Source of the DNA: Neoechinorhynchus agilis
Lineage: Eukaryota > Animalia > Acanthocephala
Assembly (NCBI GenBank): GCA_051530055.1
Contig: JBMGUZ010000061.1
Location: 1-16,072 of the forward strand
Length of the DNA: 16,072 nucleotides
Reading direction: 5' to 3'
The notes under the pieces were generated by a model. It saw only the letters and a program-made list of their open reading frames with translations, was not told the origin of the DNA and did not search any database. Shown piece after piece: positions 1 through 8,283 of this stretch. Every line of letters begins with the position of its first letter. Within the stretch, counting starts at the first letter, position 1. A program made the translations under genes and the position numbers.

Positions 1-430
1 GGAGAACGAGGAGAAGTATCTCTTTGTAGCCGTAGCAACGCCGTTTATTAAATCTCGTGTGAACGATGCAAGGCAGATGTCAATCGAAAGTTTTTTATAT
101 CCGCTGAACCTCAATGCACCATCGTACCAAACGACACCATGGGCCGAGCATTATTTGCGTGGTCATCCGGACGGGGAAATACAGCTTTCCACGGATATTG
201 GGTATATTTCCCAGGATCCGGTGGATTTGGCGATCACGGAGGAACTGCTGATCTCTCTTGTGAGACGAAAAGGGTGACTCGTGAAGGTGCTCAACAAGGG
301 GATGAGGAAATATAGACACACCTCCGTCCATGATGTTATTGTGTGTTGGCATAATATGTCCACCTCGTGTTTTAGACGACCCTGTCGAACTCGTAAAACG
401 ACGAAGGCTCGGCCAAAATAATGAAAATCT
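1..430 (+). mobile_element. Penelope-like element 3' end (GIY-YIG endonuclease remnant), duplicate of 11257-11740 with an internal 52-bp deletion
   Basis: Matches 11257 onward but lacks 11360-11411, which encodes GKTERPLYKRVTGHVRN (second GIY-YIG motif). The remaining frame reads LNLNAPSYQTTPWAEHYLRGHPDG...LAITEELLI. Confidence 0.88.
368..418 (+). ncRNA. Degenerate hammerhead-ribozyme remnant in the PLE tail (identical copy at 11678-11728)
   Basis: One parse: GACC(378-381)-CTG[ATGA missing]-GTCG...CGAC stem-GAAG-GCTC-GGCC. Alternative parse: CGACGA-A-GGC-TCG-GCC-AAAA (399-418). The position just 3' of the GIY-YIG frame is where PLE HHRs are expected, but the core is broken in both parses. 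Confidence 0.3.
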
Positions 431-514
431 TGTTACGGTCGATTGTCAGAGTATATAAAAAGAGTGATTAAACCTGCGACTGGGAAACCAAGCAGCAGTT
501 CACGCTATTATGAT

Positions 515-520
515 TTTATT
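515..520 (-). terminator. Candidate polyadenylation signal AATAAA of the mucin-like gene (copy 2 at 11825-11830)
   Basis: TTTATT on + at 515-520, about 125 nt downstream of the TGA at 644-646. Confidence 0.4.
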
Positions 521-616
521 CTGGGGTTTACTTGAAAATCGTAAATTATTTCCACGTAAAATCTATCACTATGGCTAATTTAATTTGTAGCTAAGGATGG
601 TCTTAACTAATGACTG

Positions 617-655
617 AACGAAGCCACTTTCGGTTTCGCACCTTCATCCGTGCAC
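617..655 (-). ncRNA. HHR-like motif overlapping the mucin-like stop codon (copy 2 at 11927-11965)
   Basis: Minus strand reads CGGATGA-A-GGT-GCGAA-ACC-GAAA-G-TGG-C-TT-CGTT: a CUGAUGA-like core with one mismatch, extra A, 3-bp stem II, GAAA and a 2-bp stem III. Stem I is not cleanly formed. Confidence 0.3.
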
Positions 656-2262
656 CGTTTTTTGAACATTGCTGACATCATAGTCGTCATCATAGTCGTA
701 TTCATCGCTACTTTCGTCGTCATAGTCGTATTCATCACTACGGCCATCGTCATATTCCTCACTGCCGTCATCGTCGTATTCATCAATACGGTCATCGTCG
801 TCATCCTGTACTTCATTGTCGTCATCATCCCAACCGTCATCTCTGCTATCATTATCGCCGTCCTCGTAGCCGTTTTCGCCCTCCTCAGTAGTTCTTTCCT
901 CTGAAGTGTTAGTCTCCGCTGTGAATGTTATTCCCTCGGAAGTAGTAGTCTCATCTGCGGTTGTTGTTTCAGTAGTGAAAGTCTCCTCTGTGGTTGTGGT
1001 CTCCTCCGTATTTGATTCCTCTGTCGTTGTGGTCGCCTCATCACTTGTTTCCTCTGTGGTTGTTGTTTCTTCTGTAGTCGAGCTCTCTTCTGTTGTTGCT
1101 TCTTCAGTAGTGGTGGTCTCCTCTGTTGTTGTAATCACCTCCATAGTTCTTTCCTCTGTTGTTGTTTCTTCTGTTTTTGTTATTTCCCCTGGGCTTGATA
1201 TTTCCTCTGTTGTAGTAGCCTGCTCTGGGGTTGTTGTTTTTGTAGTGGTCTCCTCATTGGTGGTCTTTTCAGTGGATGTTTCTTCTGCTGTGGTAGCATC
1301 CTTTGTTGTTGTTTCCTCTGTAGTGCGGGTCTCCTCAGTAGATGTTTCCTCTGTTGTGTAGTTCCTCGTATTGTTTCCTCTGTTGTTGTATCCTGTGTTT
1401 TTGCTAATACTTCTGAATTTGCTGTTTCCTCTGTTGTTGTTGCTTCTGTAGTGGTCTCCCCGTTTGTGGTCTCTTCAGTGGATGTTTCCTCTGATGTGCT
1501 AGTCTCCTCCGTAGTTTTTCCTCTGTTTGTAGTCGCTGGTTGTTTCCTCTGTTGTGGTATCCTGTGTTTTTTCTATTTCCTCTGGGTTTGCTATTTCCTC
1601 TGTTGTGGTAGCTCCTGTGGTGTTGTTGCTTCTGTAGTGGTCTCCCCATTGGTGGTCTCTTCAGTGGATGTTTCCTCTGATGTGCTAGTCTCCTCCGTAG
1701 TTGTTTCCTCTGTTGTGGTATCCTGTGTTTTTTCTATTTCCTCTGAATTTGCTATTTCCTCTGTTGTTGTTGCTTCTGTAGTGGTCTCCCCATTGGTGGT
1801 CTCTTCAGTGGATGTTTCCTCTGATGTGCTAGTCTCCTCCGTAGTTGTTTCCTCTGTTGTTGTTTCCTCTGTTGTTGTTTCCTCTGCTGTGCTAGTCGCC
1901 TCCGTAGTTGTTTCCTCCGTTGTGGTATCCTGTGTTTTTGCTATTTCCTCTGAGTTCGCTATTTGCTCTGTTGTGGTAGTCTCCTCTGTGATTGTTTCCT
2001 CTGTGATTGTTGTCTCCTCCATAGTCGTTGGTTGGGCTGTTGAAGATTTTCTGCTATTTGGCTGACAAAATGTTAAAATATATTGATTGCAATAAAGGTC
2101 GGAATTATAGTCATCTTGTTTTCCGGTGTTGTGAGGCTCAAATTTTACTGAAAAGTTGTTCGGAATTTGTGTGTTGATGTAATCACTTTGTGAAGGTAAT
2201 CCTGCAACGAGGTGAATCATGGTAGCAATTAGGGCAATTGTTATTAGTCGAATGATATCCAT
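644..2262 (-). pseudogene. Secreted acidic Thr/Glu-repeat (mucin-like) protein with Asp/Tyr-rich C-terminus, copy 1; frame broken by several small indels at about 1360-1620 (pseudogene or assembly error)
   Basis: ATG at 2262, signal-peptide-like MDIIRLITIALIATMIHLVAG, TTEE-type repeats. Frames 1591-2262, 1404-1649 (shifted) and 644-1361 are pieces of one reading. Tail DDGWDDDDNEVQDDDDDRIDEYDDD...DEYDYDDDYDVSNVQKTVHG, then TGA at 644-646. About 540 codons if repaired. Confidence 0.8.
1380..1990 (-). repeat. Higher-order coding tandem repeat (144-bp/48-aa unit built from TTEE subunits)
   Basis: GCTTCTGTAGTGGTCTCCCC recurs at 1442, 1628 and 1772 (spacings 186 and 144). Unit is TTEATTTEEIANSEEIEKTQDTTTEETTTEETSTSEETSTEETTNGET. 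Confidence 0.85.
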
Positions 2263-2734
2263 CGTTTTTGTGGTGATTCGTGTTCAATACATTCCATAGA
2301 GACTTTCGTGAGGCTTTATCTTTTCTGTGTGTGTCACAAACTCCGCTTCATATGTTGATCGTTGTTGTCGCATTGATCGAAAGGGAGATATACTCAGTTT
2401 ACTTTATTGCGTCTAGGTTTGTTTTTATTGACAAACATTTGTGTTTGTTTATTATACTGGTACAAACACTTGACGATTATATTTTTGTTTTTTATAGCTC
2501 TGAATATTTATGTGTTTTTATTCTTCCAACGTAATTTTATGAGTAATGTTGAGGTCCGGTAGATTTTTTGTATAGTATTGCCATGAAATTTTTTCTAAAA
2601 GCGAAAATCTCTCAAGTAACACACTCCCAATTCTAAATCTTGACAAACGACCCGCCATTCATCATTTATCCATCCTCTTCAATGTTTCTTTGGTTTCTCT
2701 GGTTTTGTTTGTTCGATGGATTCGCACGCTCGAG

Positions 2735-3055
2735 AATTAACATTTTATTTTTATTTATCACTAGAACAGCCCTCCCAAGTGTCCATTTAAAGATAAAGTT
2801 TGATAAATTTGGAATATAAAAATAGTCTTGCGTGAAGCACTTCATTAGAAAGTCTTGTGTTCAATGCACGAAAAATGTCTATGAAGATCTTGGCCCGTTA
2901 CTAATTTAGCATTAGATCGTTCAACTTTAGCTTACTGCAATCAACCGCAAACATACACCGTTACTCTTCTTAATTAAGCTCAAAATTAACATTTTATTTG
3001 TCTTTATCATTGCTACGGCGAACCCAAGTGTCAATTAAAAATTAAATTTGATCAA
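2735..3055. repeat. Degenerate direct repeat pair (about 75 bp, offset 249 bp)
   Basis: AATTAACATTTTATTT...TTTATCA...CCCAAGTGTC.ATT.AAA...TTTGAT at 2735-2808 and 2984-3055. Confidence 0.6.
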
Positions 3056-3265
3056 TCATGCAGCTGGAAAGTTAAGTAGTATTTCGCTAGACCTTGCTAT
3101 TAAAGGTTTGTATTTTATGATGGTTTATAATCGAAACCCCAATAATTACACTTGATTCGGACATGTCGCGCAATTTTTTTGTTAAAAAACTGCGCTCTGA
3201 CACAAATTTCGAATAATAGAGATTTATGCAACCCCGATCCTCCAGATGACCGATGAGGGGGTTAG

Positions 3266-4698
3266 ATGGAGGTTGATTTTGATAATGCGAAGGAACCTTC
3301 TCTAGAAAGAGGAATGGAAGTGGATGAGGATCCTGCTAAGGTTAGTTATGAGTGCGTGCGGTATCCAAGTTACCCCGAGAAAAAGGTGGTTATTGATGGT
3401 AATGTTTTTCTGCCCCCCCACCAAAGAAGGAATCTGAAGGAAAACTGCTCAGAAAATAAAGAAGATGTGGTGGCTATGACGGATAACGTTTTTTTCGGAC
3501 CCTCACCAAGTCTACAGTCGGCAAAGGGGTGAATATGAGACTGCGCGTCTCAAGAATAATGGGTTCTCGGCCCCCCATCATGATTTGGGTAACTTGAGGA
3601 TGGGAACAGCATTCCAGAGATTGCCTAGACTAAAAGAGGACTTCTGAATAAGAGTAAAAAGAGAAAACTTGGGAACTTTTACGATAAACTGTCTAATAAA
3701 GGAATATTATAAAAAGTTCTTGGAACCTAGTAAGCTTACGAAACAGCAGGTATTCCAAATTAAAAAAGCGGTGAACACCAAATGGGTAGTTTTTGTTTTT
3801 TTCTTCGGAATGGAGGGCTTAAAAAGTTTTAAAGGAATTTTTGAGGAAAAGAAAATTACACTTGACGATATATCTCCGAGATCTACTCTTCTTATGCTTA
3901 ATCCACCCCCAGACCTCAGTAAGGAAGAGTTCCAGGAAATATGAAAGGTGTTTGGCGTTGACCCAAATAAATATTTAAGAAAAAATCCAACAATAGATCC
4001 ATAATGCGATTTTAGCTGCGGGAACCCAAGACACGATTAATAAAATTAAAGGGCGGAATTTTCCGTTTTTGGCTTACTGGATAGAATTTCCAAGTCAAAA
4101 TAAAACATCAATACATGATTTCATTCTAACCCAATGCGAAAAGTGTTGTCAATGTGGGCACAGAACCTGGGAGTGCAATAACGAAATCAAATGTATGTTT
4201 TGCTCAGAAAACCATGGTAAGGAACAATGTAGTAGCAATAATAGACTGTGTTGCCCTAACTGCGGAGCAGGGCATCAAGGTATCAGGAGAGTATGTCCTG
4301 CCGTTATAAGATATTGGAAAAGTGTCAACAAGGACACATCTTCAGGGAATGACTGGGTAGGATTTAAGCACAACCAGACTTCCTGGCCCGAAATCAATGA
4401 AGATAGGTATTTAGAGAGAGAGGTGCAGTCCCTAGCAAGTAAGATAAAAGAATTGAACGAAAAAATGGTAGTATTAATAGGTGAAATTGACAAAAAAGAT
4501 AAAAAAATAGACGAACTGCAGAAGGAAAACGGGAGTTTAAAGGCGGAACTAAGAAAGCGAGAAGGCAGTGAAGCTTCATTAGAATCAAGTTCAGATATAG
4601 AGGAAATAGTAATTACCTCTGGTAACAGTGGAAAAGTGGCGCAACCAGAAAAGCAAATTACAAAAAAAGAACAGGGGAGGGAACATAATATCAAATAA
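3266..4698 (+). mobile_element. Non-LTR retrotransposon ORF1 (gag-like, triple CCHC knuckle; I/Jockey/R1-type), disrupted
   Basis: CEKCCQCGHRTWEC (CX2CX4HX4C), CMFCSENHGKEQC (CX2CX3HX4C), CPNCGAGHQGIRRVC (CX2CX3HX6C). Upstream RRM-like TLLMLNPPPDLSKEEFQEI and a C-terminal coiled coil. Split into 3266-3532, 3669-3944 and 4069-4698 by stops/frameshifts. Confidence 0.82.
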
Positions 4699-4700
4699 AA

Positions 4701-5320
4701 ATGGAAGCACGGGAGGTAAGAGGGGGAAAACCTCATGATCAAACATAATTTAATACGATAAGACCCATAAATTACCTAAATCATAATTTTAATATTATAA
4801 CATATAATATTTCGAAAATTTCAACATTATCTAATTTCTTGAAACAGGCGATAAATTGGGACTACGAAATTTTTTGTATGCAGGAGACAGGGGAACAACC
4901 CCTTATTGAAAACTTGGATTACATTACTGTAGTATTAGCCCCTATAAATAATGGTAATTCCCCTAATAATAAAATGGGTTTCTCGGGAGTATTACAAACA
5001 ACGGTTCATAAGCCCCTCTGTCCAAAAATTATTAGTGCAATCCAAAACCGTAAACTATGCCATCCAAATAATTTCTATAAGTAATTTTTAAAGGAAGAAG
5101 GCTTTAATCAGGCTAGACTCATTCTAGGCAACTTATATATCGCCCCAAAAAGTATTTTTCAAAAAAACGTAGAGAAATGGTTGCTAGAATGGAAACCGGA
5201 CTTGGTACTGGGGGACTTCAACTCAAATGGCGCGGTGGCACTGAATCACTGGTCTTCGAACTATAACGTTCATATGTCGAGCTCACCCACCTTCCACTCG
5301 AAAAACTCCCACTTGTAGTT
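4701..5320 (+). mobile_element. LINE ORF2 N-terminus: apurinic-like endonuclease (APE) remnant; RT absent
   Basis: ATG at 4701, 3 nt after the ORF1 stop, with a premature TAA at 4746. In the same frame NIITYNI and EIFCMQET (4866-4889). Then YIAP, DLVLGDFNS (5199-5225) and SPTFH in shifted frames. Confidence 0.8.
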
Positions 5321-6264
5321 CAACACAAAAAAAACCAACGCTCGCTGTTTTCTAGTTGTACCCCATGCACCACGCGTGCCGCCACATATTTGTATTTCTT
5401 CTCATAAGTCTATAAAATAGATTTCCTTCCAGTTTAATCACATTCTTATTTTCACCCACATGCAAGTCAAAATATTCGTACTCAAACAAAAATAAGCTTT
5501 AATGTACCACTAAAAGTACGTTGCCTTTGTAAATAAGGGAATAGAGATTCTCGCCCTACTCACGATCTTTTGTCATTGCCCATTCGTTTACTTTTGTGAG
5601 ATTCGTAATGAGCTTGCCTTAATGTAAACATAAAGAAAATTTTTGTTTCGTGGAATTTGGGGTCCTTACTTATAGTAGCCGCAAAATGGACATAAAATAT
5701 TTGGGAACTGTTAACGAGAACCCGAGCTTTCTGGAGTTTAATAAAATTCAATTAAAATCCATGCTTCAAAGAAAGGTTGATAAGCAATTATAGCATGAGA
5801 ACGATTCAGATGTATATATACATTATTATTTAATTTTAATTTGATTGAGGACATTAACGATTATACTGCTTGCTTGCTCTTCCCTATCAAAATATAGAAT
5901 GCTATAGTAGAGTTGCGTTAAAGTTCAAGTGCGTGAAGAAAAGTCGATGGGTAAAATCTTTACAGCATTATCTTTTAGACTATTTAGAAAATGCGTGAAA
6001 ACCGCATTAAAATTTGCCTTTTAAAGAGCACTATCATCACCCAGATTTTTAGTATAAAAATCATCACTTTCTTTTTAACAAAATGTTATTAATTTAAAAA
6101 AGTGTGACCTGAAGATTGTAAATTAAAATTTATAGAAATTTGAAACATACATACTAAAATTGTAGCACTTTAAAGAAGAAAATTTAAAGTTGGGACTTGA
6201 CAGGGAATACACATTTAAAAAATTACATGTTTTATTAGTAACCAAAAATAAAGTTTCCTTGCAT

Positions 6265-6994
6265 TCAATCAAACCAATATTGGGATGTTCTGCACAATAT
6301 TGGGTAGACCTTCATTTCCAATACCACGCCGTAAAATTTAGCATTCACAAGCTTATAACAAGGATTTTCATGGAGCTCATCCAGAAAACGGTTTCTGTAT
6401 CCTGTTTTGAAATCATAATGCTCCTGACCATTACAAAGACGATAATTGCAGCGATCATTATTATCCCAAAAACCAGAGTTATTAATCGATGCTGGGTTGT
6501 CGCAAAAACAAATTGCAAAATCCACCGATTTAACTTTTTCCCAAAGTTGAATCTCAAAAATAAATCGACTTGTTCGGCAATCGTATGAATTTTTTAAGTA
6601 GTTTGTGTCCAACTATTGACGGTGTAACGAATAAAAACTCGTTTTTCGAAGATATGATTATCTAAAAGTTTTATTTGACCCGTTACTTTTTCCTGGTATA
6701 ATGTGGCTTTTTCAATACCTACATGCTGAACTTTCAATCGCCTTTGAAAAGTTTGTATATTTGTATAATATGTAAGATTGCACATTTGGAAAGCAGTTTG
6801 AACGAAGAATTTGTTCTACAGAAACAAAAGCATTGAAGGTTTTGAACTCGATATGTGCACGTAAGCTCATTACCTCGAGAGAGAATGATGAAGGAATCAA
6901 ATAATGTGATTGACTGGATGGTAATTAGCTTTTCATCCTTAATTTTACACCATAAAAATTGATGCTTGATCTCATTAAGAAGATTTATGGCCAT
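6265..6994 (-). pseudogene. PPP1R3: CBM21-domain protein, family-level match to PP1 glycogen-targeting subunits (PPP1R3); frameshifted at about 6600, N-terminus uncertain
   Basis: Frame 1 reads TFQRRLKVQHVGIEKATLYQEKVTGQIKLLDNHIFEKRVFIRYTVNSWTQT; frame 2 reads YLKNSYDCRTSRFIFEIQLWEKVKSVDFAICFC...FWDNNDRCNYRL. Together they give the CBM21 signature (G.I.V.N..FEK.V..RYT...W ... F.F.I ... FAIC ... WDNN...NY). Putative 58-nt GT-AG intron at 6816-6873. No RVxF motif recognised. Confidence 0.78.
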
Positions 6995-7054
6995 GAATGG
7001 ATGCGACCTATTTGTGTGACAATCAGGAGATCGGTTTTACAACTAAAGACAATT

Positions 7055-8078
7055 ACGCAAAGAGCGGAAAATTGCTTTCCGATCAAATACGGAGGTTTAG
7101 GCTTACGGGGTGTGGCTGGTTTGGCCCTTCCGGCATTCGTATCCTCGATGCACAAGACGGAGGAATTACAGGGGGAAATTCTTTTAAACAGAATGCCGAA
7201 GCCATGCAAACTATTGAAACAGGGAGTCACATCATGGCTCTCGCAGACCGGTCTGCAACAAGCTCCAACCAACGCGCACGAACAATCTGCTTGGGATAAA
7301 CCCTTAATCCTGACGGCTCACAACAAACTAAAAGGCCAAATGGACGAGATGTCTCAAGCTAGACTTGTGGCCAGTTCCTCGAATGAGTCAGGCGCATGGT
7401 TGAACGTTTTGCCAATTGGTACTCTGGGAACTTTGCTGGACGACGAGACAGTTCGAATAGCCGTCGCTCTACGTTTAGGACTTCCAACCTGTGCCCCACA
7501 CCAGTGCCGATGTGGAATAAAAGTTGACGTGCTCGGAGACATGGACTCTACTGCAAGAGATCGAGCGGTCGTTTCCTAGGCACGCAGAGCTCAACGCGAT
7601 CATTAGCAGAGCTCTGAACTCGATCCACGTTCCAACCATCCTGGAGCCCAATCACCTCTGTCGCTCGAATGGTAAGCGTCCCGACGGTATAACCGTTTTC
7701 CCTTGGAAAGAAGGGAAGAGTCTAATTTGGGACGCAACATGCGTGGACTCACTCGCCCTGTCCAACCGGCAAGATGCTTTAGCGGAGACGGGAGAAGCAG
7801 CGAGTGCCGCCGAAAGGAGGAAAGCGGAGAAATACAATGAGCTCAAACAAAATTACATTTTCCTTCCTTTCGGCGTGGAGACCCAAGGAGCGCTGGGATC
7901 TTCGGCACGAAGCTTTTGTGCCGAACTCGGACGACGACTTGCAGCAGAAACAGGGGAGCGACGCGAGAGGATTTTCCTGATCCAAAGAATAAGCCTCGCA
8001 ATCCAACGAGGAAATGCGGTCAGCGTCCGGGGGACGATTTAATCATTTTAAAATAAATTGTATTCTTTGAAAAAAAAA
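7055..8078 (+). mobile_element. CRE-clade non-LTR retrotransposon, 5'-truncated 3' end (RT thumb, CCHC, restriction-like endonuclease, polyA)
   Basis: FPIKYGGLGLR, ESGAWLNVLPIGTLGTLLDDETVRIAVALRLG, PHQCRCG..HGLYC (via frameshifts at about 7535-7580), RHAELN, GKRPDG, WDATCVD, RKAEKY, QRISLAIQRGNAVSVRGT, stop at 8042. AATAAA at 8052-8057 and A9 at 8070-8078. Confidence 0.9.
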
Positions 8079-8283
8079 TTTAAAACAGGAATTATTGTTT
8101 TCAAAAGAGTAATGGCCACCTCGCCGAACATGGAAATATCCCGACTAAAGATTGTATCGCAGATAATAAAGCAGTTTGTAGTTAACAAACCGGTTACTTT
8201 TTTAGTTTTACATTGCTCGATGACTCACTGGTATACGACAGCAAAGAACGAAGTAGATTTAACTCGCCGCTGGTTGCAAAAAG

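Larger units (their letters stand above)
1..2727. repeat. Segmental duplication, copy 1 (PLE 3' end + convergent mucin-like gene + its upstream region); left edge lies outside the window
   Basis: Position 1 (GGAGAACGAGGAGAAG) aligns to 11257. 102-749 is identical by eye to 11412-12059. Homology fades and ends at GGATTCGCAC (2718-2727 vs 13424-13433). Confidence 0.95.

Noticed and set aside
607-852. Met/Thr-rich ORF (also 11917-12159) and Gln/Arg-rich ORF 1404-1649
   Set aside because: Shifted frames of the GAT/GAC and ACA/GAG repeats of the mucin-like gene.
644-1990. CRISPR-like or prokaryotic repeat array
   Set aside because: Repeats are codon-phased coding repeats without unique spacers; the context is eukaryotic (spliceosomal introns, PLEs).
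650-2065. Plus-strand Val/Ser/Ile-rich ORFs (650-904, 906-1361, 1451-2065; also 11960-12211, 12281-12826) that look like membrane proteins
   Set aside because: They are antisense mirror frames of the Thr/Glu/Asp repeats; the minus strand has the signal peptide and polyA signal.
2280-2534. Plus-strand ORF open in both duplicate copies (12980-13294)
   Set aside because: Differences between copies fall at all codon positions and are mostly non-synonymous; openness is explained by the T-rich strand.
5340-5760. Possible exons of an unknown minus-strand gene (ORF 5560-5751 and neighbours)
   Set aside because: No recognisable domain, and candidate splice sites are unconvincing.
5686-5793. Short plus-strand frame MDIKYLGTVNENPSFLEFNK... 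as a LINE RT (KYLG) remnant
   Set aside because: A four-residue match with no supporting RT motifs nearby; would need TBLASTN.
6190-6588. Plus-strand 132-aa ORF and minus-strand 6345-6557 hydrophobic ORF
   Set aside because: Antisense and alternative frames of the CBM21 exon.
8078-8130. Spliced-leader or other specific target site / TSD for the CRE element
   Set aside because: No SL RNA, snRNA or microsatellite recognised at either flank; only weak AT-rich similarity between the ends.
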